64,000 nt of DNA. Origin: Bugula neritina. Its lineage: Eukaryota; Animalia; Bryozoa. The notes below the pieces were generated by a model, which was given only the letters and a program-made list of their open reading frames with translations, was not told the origin of the DNA and searched no databases. A program made the translations under genes and the position numbers. Positions 1 through 18,724 of the stretch are shown piece after piece (the stretch's first letter is position 1; each line of letters starts with the position of its first letter). The stretch lies in the NCBI GenBank assembly GCA_964035545.1, contig OZ037767.1, positions 19,608,628 to 19,672,627 of the forward strand, read 5' to 3'.

Positions 1-198
1 CTATTCTACTTGCACCAACAGCTATCCCATTGATTATTCTCTCATTGTTGGGCTGTTGCTATTTGTTCAACGACTTTATTCATTTCATCCCTTCACTATG
101 GTATTATGCCAGCCTCAACATAATAAATGGATGAAGAGAACAGCTAATGGGCATGTCAACCTCGTGCAATCACCTGCAGCTGCATGTCACTGGCATTA

Positions 199-1118
<920 letters not shown>

Positions 1119-1222
1119 TTAGATTACTATGTACAAGTGACTCACTCATCCAGTCATGATGGGTGCTGGTAGGCTGTCAACTTAACTACAAGCTCTGTAG
1201 CCCTAGTTTTTACCTTGCACAG

Positions 1223-5403
<4,181 letters not shown>

Positions 5404-5922
5404 ACTCTTACTATATGCCTAGTACAGAACTTTGCTAAAGTTTGCATTGGGGTCTTATCTGAGCTGGTGATTCAATAGAGACCGGATTATAAACAGCTGT
5501 TCACACACCGGTGTCATAGTCGTACTGATATTCAACCATACTAATGATTCTACTCTGTGTTTTTATTCTCTAAGTTATTCATCCACAATAATGGTAAAGA
5601 ATCTATTTTTTGCAATTACGTCTAAGCTCATACTGTTGTTTTTTCTGACTGTTAGTTATTTTATTGGCTTGTGTAAAGAATACTGATGTAAGTAAAATGT
5701 AGTATTGTGTATGTATGTCTGCACAAGGCTTAGAGTAGCCCTACTGTACAGGTCTACTTTTCTCTCAAATACAATTTCACTGGAAAATTCACAGTCAATT
5801 GCACTGAAGCTATTCTGTTTGAAGTTTGAAGGCTAAAGTGTGTTGAAAAATTTAAATTTATTTCTATATTTTAATTGAAAATAGAATTTCGATTTTGTAT
5901 CACGTATCTAAAAATTTAATGA

Positions 5923-5932
5923 AATAAATAAA
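5923..5932 (+). terminator. Candidate polyadenylation signals (overlapping AATAAA x2) for BTBD10
   Basis: AATAAATAAA about 520 nt after the stop codon. Confidence 0.5.
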
Positions 5933-6209
5933 GTAATACAACCTTAGAATGAATGCACATAAATTAGAGACAGTTAATAAAATACTGAAAGTATATTAAA
6001 TATTCTGCCTAGCAGAGCCAAGGAAGCTGTTAATAGCAGGCTGTGACTCACTAGTAGTATGAATAGAGTGTATTGCATTTACTTTTGTAATACAATACAG
6101 TCGAAATTAAAGTCATAATAAGTGAATACCCTGTTGTATGAAGAAGTTGTCGGATGATTGTTTTAAGTGAGTAGTCAGTAGTACCAAATATTGTTGTTAA
6201 ATAGGGCAG

Positions 6210-6277
6210 TAACTGTTGAATAGCATAGTGACTGTTGAATAACATAGTGACTGTTGAATAACACAGTGACTTGACTG
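6210..6277. repeat. 21-bp tandem repeat directly after the PLEKHM1 stop codon
   Basis: AGTGACTGTTGAATAACAT-type unit x3, abutting the stop at 6278-6280. Confidence 0.8.
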
Positions 6278-9200
6278 TTAGATATGCGGAACAGAGTAAT
6301 CAGTGAGAGCCGGGTTACCCAACATGGAATCCCTGAGACGGTGTCGCTCACACTTGGGACATCCGCTGGTGAGACACAATTTGTGATATACACCATTGCA
6401 TCTCTCGCACTGCAAAAACGATCACTTTATATGATCAAGATTTATATTTTAGACTGTATAAGCCCCCATGACATCCACAGTACAAATAGCAAAAATGGTG
6501 TGACCAGTATTATGCTACGTATTACCAGTGTAAATGTCAGTTCATAACCATACATGGCTAGCCACTGTCTAATGGATCCTTCAACTCATCTAACTGAATA
6601 ACAAAACCAAACTATGAAACCAGACGATTACATCATTGTCATTCCTCAGTAGCACTGAACAAAAAAATAGCATTAAAATTTACTCTTAAACGAAATTATA
6701 TAAAATAGGTAAAACTTACAGTTGTTGTGGTTTCCAAGTCAAAAGGGAAGATAACTTTTGTGCTTTTGCAAATCTCGCAGAGAAAACCTCTGTATTCACA
6801 TGACTCACAGTCCTCTACATGTTTCCTAGCTGACTTTATGCCTCTTTTCAGTGAATGTGCAAATGCAGAGCTTGTGTTTATGGATATCAAGTCCTGGTAA
6901 AAATTATATACAGCATATACAGGAGCAGCCGCGATCTAGGGGTTATAGCGCTGGCTTAGTAAACACGAAGTCATGAGTTTGAACCCTGACAAAGGCCATT
7001 GAGGTGATGTTAAGAAGAGCATCCAGTCACAATTTCTCCTCTGCCTGGTCTAATTAAGCCCTTAGGCCATTTTAACAAAAAGCCCTTCCATCAGGGGTTT
7101 ACTCGCAGGGATGGTGACTATAAACTTGTGTGAGCTTTTATATACAGTGTGAATATACACAGTGTGAATATACACAGTGTGAATATATACAGTGTGAATA
7201 TATACAGTGTATATATATATACAGTGTGAATATATACAACAATATAAAACATATAAGGACTGTGAGATAGCCGCCGAGTAGTAAATATGAGGTTACATGT
7301 TCATATCCCACCACCAGCACCTGAAAGAACTAAGACTTGAGTTAGCGAAGAGAAACATGATGGTTGGGAACAGCAAAGTATGAAATCTGATGAGTGTAAC
7401 TTCTCCACATGGTAGACTTAGCTGTGTTTGGTGTAACTAGCAATACTTACTTGTATAGTGTAAGTAGCAATACTTACTTGTATAGTGTAAGTGTGTATCT
7501 CCTCGTACACGTACTCTTTGGGCCAGAACTTCTGCTTGAGATCATCAGCAGCAGATGGACTGCAGGCGAAGACGTAACGCTTGAGGTAAAACAGTTGAGT
7601 CCTGAGAATCTACAATCAGGTAAAGTAGGAATATTTAGTATTTTAGTATATAGCATTATTTAGTATTATAGTATATAGTATTATTATGTTATAAAGAGTA
7701 AACCTGTATGTATTATACATTGACGGAGTGCATGTGTACGATACATTACTATACTGTGTGTAGTACACAATATATATAGTTATTCATATATATAGTTATA
7801 GTTACAGCATAGTACACAGTATATATAGTCATATATATAGTTATAGTTATAGCATAGTACACAGTATATATAGTCATATATATAGTTATAGTTATAGCAT
7901 AGTACACAGTATATATAGTTATTCATATATATAGTTATAGCTAGAGCATAGTACACAGTATATATAGTCATATATATAGTTATAGTTATAGCATAGTACA
8001 CAGTATATATAGTTATAGTTATAGCATACTACAACTCACCCTTAACGCCTCTAATGACGACACATGACTGTATAATCTATTATTGAATTCCTGAATGTTT
8101 AATAGAGGCATCTGTTCAGCTGATATGAGAAACTCTTTGCTTGATTTGCACACTGCAAGTTATATATAAATATAAGTACAATGCATAATAAGACAATTCA
8201 ATAAAATAGCATACACTATAATGTGATGCAAAGAAATACAATTTAATGCAATATAATACAATGCAATGCACTGGAATGCAATAGAATACATCTAAATAAA
8301 ATAAATTTAATAAAATGAACTGGAAACAAAATAAATCAATAAAAACAACAAAAATGAACCTGTTTTGATGTAAAAATATTTTTAATGTAAAATTAAATAA
8401 ATAAAATTCTTGATTGAAGTTGATGAGAAACTATAAATGTACAAGACAAAAGAGAAATTCAAGTTTTAAGGCGTTCAAAGGCTAACAATTTAGAATCTCA
8501 ACAAAATCAACGTAAAACCACGAATTGATGAATTAAATGAACAAAATGCAGACATAATGAGAAGACACTCCCCTTAGAAAGCATCAGATCTATCTTCACA
8601 CTGCATGTTTACCTTTATACTTGGCAAAATCCCAGTTATAAAGAATCTTTGCCGGAATGTATGACTCCTCATTGACATGGCACTGTGGGCAATAGTACTT
8701 CCTGGTGTAGGAGCAAACCCTAGGGGCACCTGTGCAGCAGAAATACCATACCTATCAGCCGGATATGCGTATGTATAACAGAAATACATACACCACAATA
8801 TTATATAATATCATAAAACATATTCCTGTTGCCACAGAAGAGAAAGAAAAAAAATTCAATATTGCTGCATTAAAAATGCTGTTGAAAATAGAACTATTTC
8901 ACATATAAATCAGTGAAAAAAGTAAAAACTAGATTCCCTTTTATTTGAAAATTAATGAAACACTGAGCTGGAGATAAAAGAATCCTTATATTTTCTTGAA
9001 AACAGAAACGTAATTGCAGAAAAATCAGTCAATAACAGTTGAAATGCAAGCAAGCTATAAGCAAACAAAATAGATGCCTTCCCGCATAGATAGCTTACCA
9101 TATATAATACCAATAGGGGCAGAACAACTATCACACTTGTATCCCTGTGTATCCAGGCCGTCTTCATTCCTTAGCTTCCCATAATTCAGCAGCACATCCT

Positions 9201-12200
9201 GTATAGCACAGCATCACACACATACAATACATTCGAATTATCGAGGAGTTGTCCTATTTTGATTTAGTTGACATTTGGTAACCCCGGAACTAAACACTTA
9301 AATCTCATAACCTATCTCAACACTTTGAGACTGGAAGAGTTGAGAGACAAATCCCAACTCAGTTTAAAAAGGAAACTAGCAATACTAAGCATCTCAAGAG
9401 AAGACAAGGGGAGACAACACTTACTAAGCACTGAGTTTGACTTAATTTATTTTGTAACCAACACCATAAGTATATAAACTAGGGCTTCCAGACTACCAGC
9501 TATACTAATTATAAAGTTGGGGTAAAATGGAACGGATTGGCGCTTGCACTACTAGCGAATAACTTTACAAAGACGGAAAAATAGGAATGTTTTGTGCCTG
9601 AAATTTATGAAGTAAAAATGGTGAATAAATACTGCAAAAGGTTTCTGTGATACTGAATAAATTGACTAATTACTGTTTAGTGAGCCCACTTTTTGATTTT
9701 CCGGTTTGCATTCCAATTAATTGCTATTACTGAGAGTATGCGTGTAAGATTTCAAAATAAAATAATGTATAACAAGGGGTATTAAACCCAGTGGCAAACA
9801 CATATGGCTACATAAGTTCTGCTCTTGCTGGTACTGTATTGCCTGTGACAGGTAACCCTACACTGTGTTCAGTGTTAATAGGGATTTTCCGCTTACTTTG
9901 TAGAGTTCCTGAAAACTATTGCAATCAACTGCAGTTGAAACGAAAGCCTAAATAAGAAAAAAATTATTTGTTTTGATTAAAATTTTTCATCCCAATTGTT
10001 GCAGTAATAGCAGAAGGCATAACTGGGCGCACAAGAATTAAGATGTTTGGGAATAAAATGTGAGAACACAGGCTAAATTTGCGGCCAATCAGATTACCTT
10101 GTGAACTTCTCCAATCACCTCGAAACTGGCGTCTGACTCAGGTTGATCAAAAGAGGAGTCAGCAGGTGATTTCTGTCAATCAAAAGCAGCAGACAAATCA
10201 TTTGCAATCAGGCTTGACAGCGGGTGACGTCACCAAAGACAGCGTTAGCCAAAAACTGGCAGCAGTTGAAAAAGTGAAAATTATTTCTTGCAAATTCAGT
10301 GTTTTAAAAGAAATTATAATGATTTATTAAGCAAGCCTGAAAAATAATTTCAGCTGATCAAGTAATGAAGATACAAACTGTATCAAATTAAGAGTTGATG
10401 CCTGCTTTTAGGTGACAGAGCAGCACAACAAAGCAGCAATCATCCTTAAAACATCTAGAATATTCTATACTCTGTAAACTAGCATATTCTACAATGACAG
10501 TGTTGCAGAATATTGATTCATCACCTCTACTTGGGATTCAGGTTCTTGGAGTTGAGTTTCTTGAGTATTTTTGAGCTCTGCAGCGGCAGTATTGTTGGCA
10601 GCGGCAGCAGTAACTGCCGAGTAATCTCGTTGTGGACTACCGAGAGTTTGAGCATCAGATTGTTGGATCTCCGAGACCAGATCAGCAAATGATGGAACTG
10701 AAAACATGTACACTGTATTATACAATACTCTACAGTATTATATATTACTGCATAGTATAGTATTATATAACACTGTAGAGCATTATACAACACTGTAGAG
10801 TATTATATAACAGTAGAGAACTAGAAACATACACTTACCTTGCTCCAGGCTAACAGACCCACACTGGGGCGTGTCTATCTTGTCTATGGGGCCCCAGCCA
10901 GCAAGAGAAGCTAAGCTGTTACCATGACTCATAGAACTAAGGCTACTACCAGCCACTGTGGCTCTAGTCAAACTCCCAGCCTGTGAGCCCGGCCCCGACA
11001 AGCGTTTGCTGAGTATCGCTTGAGCAGCAGAGAACGGAAATCTTGAGTATGGCGACTCATCTACTATAGTACTGGGACTATCTGAAAGTCAACAGAACTG
11101 AGTGAGGGGTCAACAGAACTGAGTGACGAGGTAACAGCAACCCATACAACAGAGTAGCTACAGTGTAGCAGTGTATGTGACGAGGTAACAGTAACCCATA
11201 CAACAGAGTAGCTATAGTGTTGCAATGTCTCACCAGTACTTGCAGGCATATCCTCTTCCTGTAAATACAGTTCTCTAGTTGTCTCTCCCTGTTCTTCATC
11301 ATCTGAAAGGAAATATGAGAAATGGTCTAAAGGAGAGTCTACAACTGCTTGTACTGTTGGAAGACTCAGAATTAATATGAAACTAAAACATCATTGGCTA
11401 AATGGAAGCGACATTTAAATTTGAGCTGTAGGACAACTCCAATAGAAAAGATAACTCCTTGTGGAATAACAAAAGCCGTAAGAAAGAGATGAGACTGGGA
11501 TCAGCATCACCAGAGTTCAAGAGTTTATTATTTCACGACAGCGCCTACGTTCATTAGACAAGTTTAAAAATAAAGCCTTATAAGTTGAATTGATAGAGTG
11601 ATGCCATTATAGCTGAATTTTTAACTGGAAGAACCCAAAACATCGAGCAAATACTTGCTATAGTGTTTAAGATAACACAATGCAGCAACCAAAGCAAACA
11701 GCTTGTATCAACGAAACTAGAGACACACCTCCTGGCTGCCCTTCCTGCTGACCAGGAAACAGGTGGGAGGGTGATTGCGGGGTTCCTAGTTCAAACTTTA
11801 TTCTATTAGCTAGAGGTTCCTCTGAATGAATAGCATCAGCACCCAAAGGTGGACTAGCCTCAACAAGGGGTGGGGAGGTATACACTTCTTCCTCGTCCGA
11901 TAGACCTTCTGCTGGTGACTCATCTGATTGAGAAGGAATATGATTGGCTACTTGAGCTGTGGAAATATCTTCACTGGAAGCTGTATCATGACTATCGCTT
12001 GCAACAGGAACCTGTGAATTAGCCATGTTTGTTGAGTAAAGTAAAGCTCCATGACTTAGTAAACTCTCGTACAACAATCTTACTTTATATCAAAGAGGGA
12101 AACAACAACTCTTCCCCGACAGTGATAGACTAAAACTATGAATATAAGTGATAGAGTAAAACTATAAGTGACTGACTAAAACTATGAGTGATGGAGTAAA

Positions 12201-15200
12201 ACTATGAGAGTGAGAGTAGAACTATAAGTAAAGAACTAAGACTACAAGTAACAGACTGAACTATGAGTGATACTGAAGAACATGTAAATTAGCAGTAAAA
12301 TATTTTCAAAACTACTGCCTGGAAAGAATACGAAAACCTCATACAACTGAACAGTGGCAGGTGAATACGGTATTCTAATGAAATTGAAGTGTTCGCACTT
12401 ATATTAGAGAATATACTTAGACGCGTAGAAGCAGCTCACTAAATAGAGTCAACTACACACACCTGGGATGGAGTGGTAAGGTTGATGATGTCACCGATGG
12501 AGTATTGGGCAGTTCTCAGACGTGCCAATTCTCTTTCTGTCTCCCCATATCGCTGTCCTTGGGCATCTTTAGCATCCACCACGCTGTTCGTACTACCTCC
12601 AGCTCCTCTGCCCTCGAGGGTACTGAGACCCACTGTGTCGCTACTACCTTCAGGTCCCCTACCCTCGAGAATACTGAGACCCACTCTGTCACTACTACTT
12701 TCAGCTTTTCTGTCCTTGAGGGTACTACCCTCAAGTTGAGAATCTTCCTCAACACTATTACTGAACTCTCCACCACTATCTACAGGCAGCTTAGGGTTGG
12801 GCAAGGTCTGGAGGTCATCTGCTTGGCATGAATCTGTACTTCTGCCCACAGTTTGTGGAAAATCTAAAACACAGTCTAAATGTCTAACTTCAACAACCAT
12901 AGTTCATCAAATTTTTGTTGAAAAATATAAACCAATACAGTGCCCTTTCCAAATCTCACAGTTCCAGTTCTCACAATATTCCATAGTTTACGGGAAGGGC
13001 TCGGACTCTGTTTTGTAGCTTATGCATGTGTTTATAAGAACGAAATGGCCGAATTCAACAGATAAGTGAGCTAAATCTAGTATTCTATGTTACAAATTGA
13101 GGGTTTGGAACCTGCAGCTTAGTGAAATATAGAGGAGCACTGTATAATAACTGCAAGACACAAAACATTAAAAGTGTTTTAAGTGTTCAAAATGTGGACA
13201 CAAAATAAAAAACCATATTTTCATTTGTATCTATTTTGCTCATCCATTTTCATTATAACAAAGTATTTTCATAAACCTATATAAACGGCTCTAATAATCA
13301 TTAAAACAAAAGATAAGGAAATATCGGCAATGGCATAAGAATGGTTGAACTGAGTGGAAGTAAATATTCAACTCAGCTCATTCTATCAGATAATATGACT
13401 GTATACCATAAATAGTAGCTTTACAGCTGTTGCTAAGCAACGCATCGTCAACAGAAGCGTTGATAAAATCTTTAACATCCAGAGAGTTTTCTGAGGCTTC
13501 ATCGAAAACTTCTGAGAAGCTGCTAGACTCATGATTACTAGACGTAACACCGGCTACTGGCTTGTATCTGGGAACTGAAAACTCAAAAGGTAAGTCGTCC
13601 ATGTCTAAGGTAGACGACCTTGACCTTTGCGGTGAAGGATTGTTACTTGACGAAAAACCTGTTGAGGAAAGAGACGAATGATACTTTGAGAAAAGAGGAC
13701 ACGTGTAACGAATTGCTTATCCTAAATTTAATAGCAAAAATAAACAAATTAATTTATCAGGCATTTACTGCAAATATAAAAATGTTTTTCCATCCTTCCA
13801 ACTAGCCTCAAAGCAAAGGAAGCACATCAGTAGAGTCTAGTAGTACAGCACACAGCTACTAACCTTTATCAAACACAAACTGCCTTTCAACAAGTCCGGC
13901 GAGAGCCAAGGTTTTCATACTCCATACATTAAGTTGACTAGAGTTGTACACTAACTGGAAGTCATAATTAGCAGCTACCAAAATCTTAATTAGCTTTAAT
14001 AAGATGTCAGGTTGTTCAAGGTCACGGAGAAGAGCTGTAAGAGACACTATTGGATGAGTACACTAGTATATACTATTGAATGAGTACATACTAGTATATA
14101 GTATTGAATGAGTATACTAGTATATAGTATTGAATGAGTGCCCTCATATGTACTAAAATAAAATAAAAATATAGCTAAATGCAATAAATATCCAACATTG
14201 ACAGAGTGAGAAATATATATTTAACCACTGTCAATACCAATTGAACACTTTCATCAATATAAAAATAACATTCTTGACAAATTGCAAAAACAAAATTAAT
14301 AACTTGTATATAAATATTCCTATCAGCTATATTCAGTGCGATTTACTTAATGTTTTAACTGAGCAACATACAGTATATCTACTCAATTGTCCCAAAACTC
14401 CTAAAGAAAATATTCACCATCAAACTTCCTATTATAATCAACATGACTTGCAAATTGGCTGTTGGCAAGATAACTCCAAACTTGGATAATTATTAGAAAC
14501 TGCAAAAGCATGCTCAGTGTTATTATTAAGTGGGCAGCAGACGTTGGGCTGCAAGCACCTTGCAACTACCTGTCTTGTTGTAGTACTGCCTGAGAACCTG
14601 TGGCTGTGAGAGTATGGTGATGAGGTAGCTCTCCATCAGCCCATCATTGATGGCCAGTTTTACCCAGGCCCGGCACACCCCAGTCTCTGTTTTAATGTGA
14701 GTCAGTCTTTTGAGTTGATTGATTGTGTCTCTGTGAGTGAATCTCTGAATGAATGACCAGAAACTCTGCAAGTAATAAGTGGATAGTTTCAAAAGCTCCA
14801 ACTTCAACCAAACCTTAGAATCTGTGGGCATAGGAAAATGAATGGAAATAAAAAGAATACATTTTTTAATTTTCATTGATTAGAATAAACATATATGGTG
14901 CAGTTGTGACTCCCATCCATGCTACATGAGCTGAAATATTTGTCTTCATAGCAGTGGTGTTATTCAGCACCAGGTAATAATTTAAATATAAACCACATTA
15001 AATGCTACAAACATTTGATTTAAACATGTTTCGAAGCAGTACAATGATCTTAAGAAGTTTGTATTGTACATTGGTAACCATAGTCAGGTTTTCACTTACA
15101 CAACGGTCAAAGGCCTTCAAATCTGTGGTCTGTCGTAGAATGCCGTGAGTGGACTTATGGCCATGTAGGAGCGCAGCCTCTATGATGGTACAGAGGTAGT

Positions 15201-15461
15201 TCGAGGAGTCACTCGTGTAGATGGGTTCGCCTGACTTTCGAGTTTGCTGAGTTGACTGTATCGTCTTGAGGCAGGCAGAGAGCTCACTTATAATGAACTC
15301 TTTTACTCTCTTCTCTCTTGATATTTCAGAAATATCTGGCTCTGTGCCAAATAAAGTGATAGAATTTTATGAATAACTTGCAAACCATGAACATCATATT
15401 CATACCACATCATTACTCAGGCTCAATGTAACAGCATACCTTTGCTTTTAAAGAAATTCAT
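6278..15461 (-). CDS. PLEKHM1: PLEKHM1-like Rab7/HOPS adaptor: N-terminal RUN domain, disordered middle, C-terminal Rubicon-homology (DUF4206) zinc domain, ~957 aa
   Basis: Minus-strand exons 15461-15440, 15341-15100, 14765-14570, 14034-13864, 13658-13407, 12863-12463, 12011-11729, 11302-11234, 11060-10839, 10697-10525, 10172-10098, 9198-9099, 8729-8613, 8152-8040, 7609-7478, 6893-6720, 6409-6278; total 2874 nt, in frame. RUN motifs LCTIIEAALLHG, SFWSFI..TETGVCRAWVKLAINDGLMESYL, TALLRD. RH motifs GLDTQGYKCDSC, CSYTRKYYCPQCH..IPAKILYNWDF, RGFLCEIC..VIFPFD..CERCNGVYHKLC..CPKC. Some middle-exon boundaries are less certain (13425 is an alternative donor). Confidence 0.88.
6921..7137 (+). mobile_element. 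tRNA-derived SINE, copy 1
   Basis: Colinear with the copies at 17484 and 63827. tRNA-like head, central GGTGATGTTAAGAAGAGCATCCAGTC block, T-rich tail; TTATATACAG on both flanks. Confidence 0.85.
7138..7236. repeat. 16-bp repeat (ATATACAGTGTGAAT-type) at the SINE 3' flank
   Basis: About 5-6 copies beginning with the apparent target duplication TTATATACAG. Confidence 0.85.
7770..8030. repeat. AT-rich ~42-48-bp compound minisatellite next to the PLEKHM1 donor at 8039
   Basis: Repeated TATAGTTATAGCATAGTACACAGTATATATAG blocks. Confidence 0.9.
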
Positions 15462-16419
15462 TATGCTTGAGAGTCTTTGCTAAAGGTGAACATGAAGGAG
15501 TTCTAAAATCACAAGAGCGCAAAGATATATACATGTTTCCATATTATATTTATGTATATATTAGTGTGGTTTTGATTAATAAACACGAACATAAACTGTA
15601 AAACCTTTCATAAAGGCAACGAATAAAAATACGGAGTAAAAACATTTGTACACTCATCATTGACCTTTTGCTAAAAACTGAACTTCAAGTTGTGACTTCA
15701 ATATACACTTCACTGCCCTACTACATCATCACCACAAAATTGATATCATCGCCATAACTTTAATATTAAACAACTGATACTAACACAACAATTTATAATC
15801 ACAACAATCTAAAATAATTAGTACATATAACTATTCATATCATTACAAAGAAATTACTTTGTGATTGCAAAGTTTACCAATGGTAATAATTAACTTGCAA
15901 TAATATAATATGTATATATATATTATTCATTAGTAAAACTTAAATTATTGAAGTAACAAATATCTATAAGTAAAACTGGATTTAGGTAACCCTAGTACTT
16001 AAATTTATTGACTAAGTAAACCAGGTAAATTATTAAGTTGATTTGCTCAATTTGTTCACGTCATATTAGCCTCAAACAGTTTGATTGACTCGCCCCAACA
16101 TTTTAGAATTTTGGCAAGCCCAGGACTAAAACTAAAATGAATTTCATGAAAATTTGCTCCGAAATCATTCCAGTAACCAATCAAAATTTTAATCCTGTTG
16201 AAAAGATCTATTGGCTACTGTAATTTAATAAAATTCAATTGTTTTAATGGTAGTTATTTTCAATCATAGCATTCTTCACTATTTAAAACTCTAATTCAAA
16301 AACAGAATTACCCAAGATATAATTTATATGATTGTTATAAAAGTTATCACTGTTGACAGCAATAACTAATAGGCTTTACAAAAAAACTACAATAATCACT
16401 AAAATAGTCACAGAAAAGG

Positions 16420-16421
<2 letters not shown>

Positions 16422-16487
<66 letters not shown>
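16422..16487. repeat. (TA)n microsatellite
   Basis: Pure TA run. Confidence 0.97.
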
Positions 16488-16489
<2 letters not shown>

Positions 16490-17483
16490 ACATATGTCCG
16501 GGAGCTATTCCCAGTGACTTATGTGGTAGCAATATAAATCATTTAAAATTTAAAGAGAAAAAGGCTATGAAATTTAATAAATATACCCTAAACATATTGC
16601 AATCTTAGTGCTTATTCTGCTTGAAAATGTAACATAGACTAAATGCTTAGAATACAAATGCGTTTCAGTTGAATTAATACCTGCCTTCTGTCCAGTTTTC
16701 TGTTACAATAGGACAATCATGTCAGTTATTTTTATAAATTTTCCCTACCAAATAGTGTTATAGTTTTTAGCAAAAAGATGCTGTAAAACTACAGGAGTGA
16801 TAAGAATTTCTTTTCAACATGTGACATCAAAATGATGATCAACTTCAGTGAAACTACAACCACAGTTACAACATCTTACAAAGCTACATGGTCCACAGGT
16901 ACATTTACAATATGTTACTTAAAGTAAAACAAGCTGTAATTTTAACAGCATTATTAGTATTACTGGTATTAGCATAAGCATTACAGCTAGTGTTACTATT
17001 AGTATTACTATTAGTATCAACATCATTATTATTAATATTGACAATAGAATTGCTATCGTATGGCACACAAGTAGTTTTGTACACTGGTCACTTTGTGTAC
17101 AAAATGATCATTTTGTACACAAAATGCTGTTCATTTCATGCACAAAATGAATACTACATTAATCCACTGAATATCCACTTGAATTATACTAGTTTATTTC
17201 TCTAACACCCCCTACCTCTAACATCTGCATATCACAATATATATTAATATATATATTAAATAAGAAATGTTCAAATGACAAAAAATATGTAAAAATATGT
17301 ATTTTAGTTAATTTATATTCATATTGATGTGTATGAAACAACCAGAAAAAGTAGGTACGAATCAACATGTGTACAAAACGCCGGCCTCTCTTTTATTAAT
17401 TAATATTATTATTAGTATTATTATCATGATAATTATATCAAATTCAATATCATAATTATAATTAATCTTATAGTTATGCAGTA

Positions 17484-17701
17484 GGGAGCAGCCGTGGTCT
17501 AGGAGTTAGAGCGTTTGCCTAGTAAACACAAAGGTCATGGGTTCGAGCCCTGACAAAGGCCATTGGTGATGTTAGGAAGAGCATCCAGTCATAATTGCTC
17601 CTGTGCCTCATTTAAATAAGTCCTTAGCCCGCTTTAACAAAAACCCTTTCTATCAGGGTTTTCTCACAGGGATAGTGACTATAAACTTGCGTGAGTTTTT
17701 T
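17484..17701 (+). mobile_element. tRNA(Thr)-derived SINE, best-preserved copy with target-site duplication
   Basis: A-box TGGTCTAGGAGTTAG, CTAGTAAAC anticodon-loop remnant (AGT), B-box GGTTCGAGCCC, T tail. 16-bp TSD TTATAGTTATGCAGTA (17468-17483) / TTATAGTTATACAGTA (17702-17717). Confidence 0.9.
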
Positions 17702-18724
17702 TTATAGTTATACAGTATAACTTATACGTATGCTTACAATTACTGAATTAGTGCTACACTTGCTGACTTACTACTTAGTCTTACAGTTACTATGATATAA
17801 GATAGTAATTATCACATTCGCCATCATTAGTCTTACTCTTAGAGTTGGAGTTAGATAAAATTAGATTTACTTCTACTTTTAGATTCAATCTAAAATTGCA
17901 TAATTTGCAAACTAAAACTTAAACTTGCATTTCAAACAGTTAGTGTTACACTAACACTTACTCTTAGTCTTACTCTTACTGTTGACTGTTGAGTGTCAGT
18001 GTTGCCTGTTGGTGTCACTCACTAACTGTTACTGAGTTAGAGTTCCATTAATACTAACTTTTAATTGGTTACAGACAAATGGTTATGGCTACTCCAATCT
18101 TATTTTAATCACGTAATATTAAAAAAAATGTTCATATTGATATTAATCAATTAATTTATATTGAAAATTAATTTCATGCTTTTAATAGCAATAATTATAC
18201 TAAAGTACAAGGCTTCAGCTGTTTCCCTATTTTGAGTATAACCGTTAGAAGCAGCACCAATTTAAGGGTAACTGACTATAGCATTTGCGTGAAAATTGTG
18301 TTCCGAAGTCAAAACGTTATATACAAACTCAAGGATTCGATCAACTGCACTCAGTGACCACCAACTTAGTGCTGTTTCAAGTAATTTATAACCAGACTAG
18401 AATGTTGACCTTGGCCCCACCAAAATTCTTTTCGACTACAAAGAAAATAGAACTTCAGCATTCGCAACGGCTAGATGTAGAAGCAGGTAGCAAAAGATCC
18501 TTATCTTCCAAAATCTAGTCAATGTGCACATTTTGAGATATTAATACAAAATTGATTAGACATTAAAAATGATTTCATTTTTAGGCAAAATCGCAACAAA
18601 GAAGCTATTTTTTGCACTCCAAAGATAGTTTTTAACCGACGCACGAAATGAACAATACTAAAAAGGCATGTTGTAAGCGAGTACCATTTTTACCGTTTTG
18701 GGAAACCATGTCAGAGCATGCGTA

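Noticed and set aside
13429-13441. Near-palindromic X-box GTTGCTAAGCAAC
   Set aside because: It lies inside a PLEKHM1 coding exon (ALLSN codons), more than 5 kb from the DNAH1 start; probably coincidental.
17484-17560. Functional tRNA-Thr gene
   Set aside because: Acceptor and anticodon stems are imperfect, and the sequence continues into a shared SINE body with a TSD.
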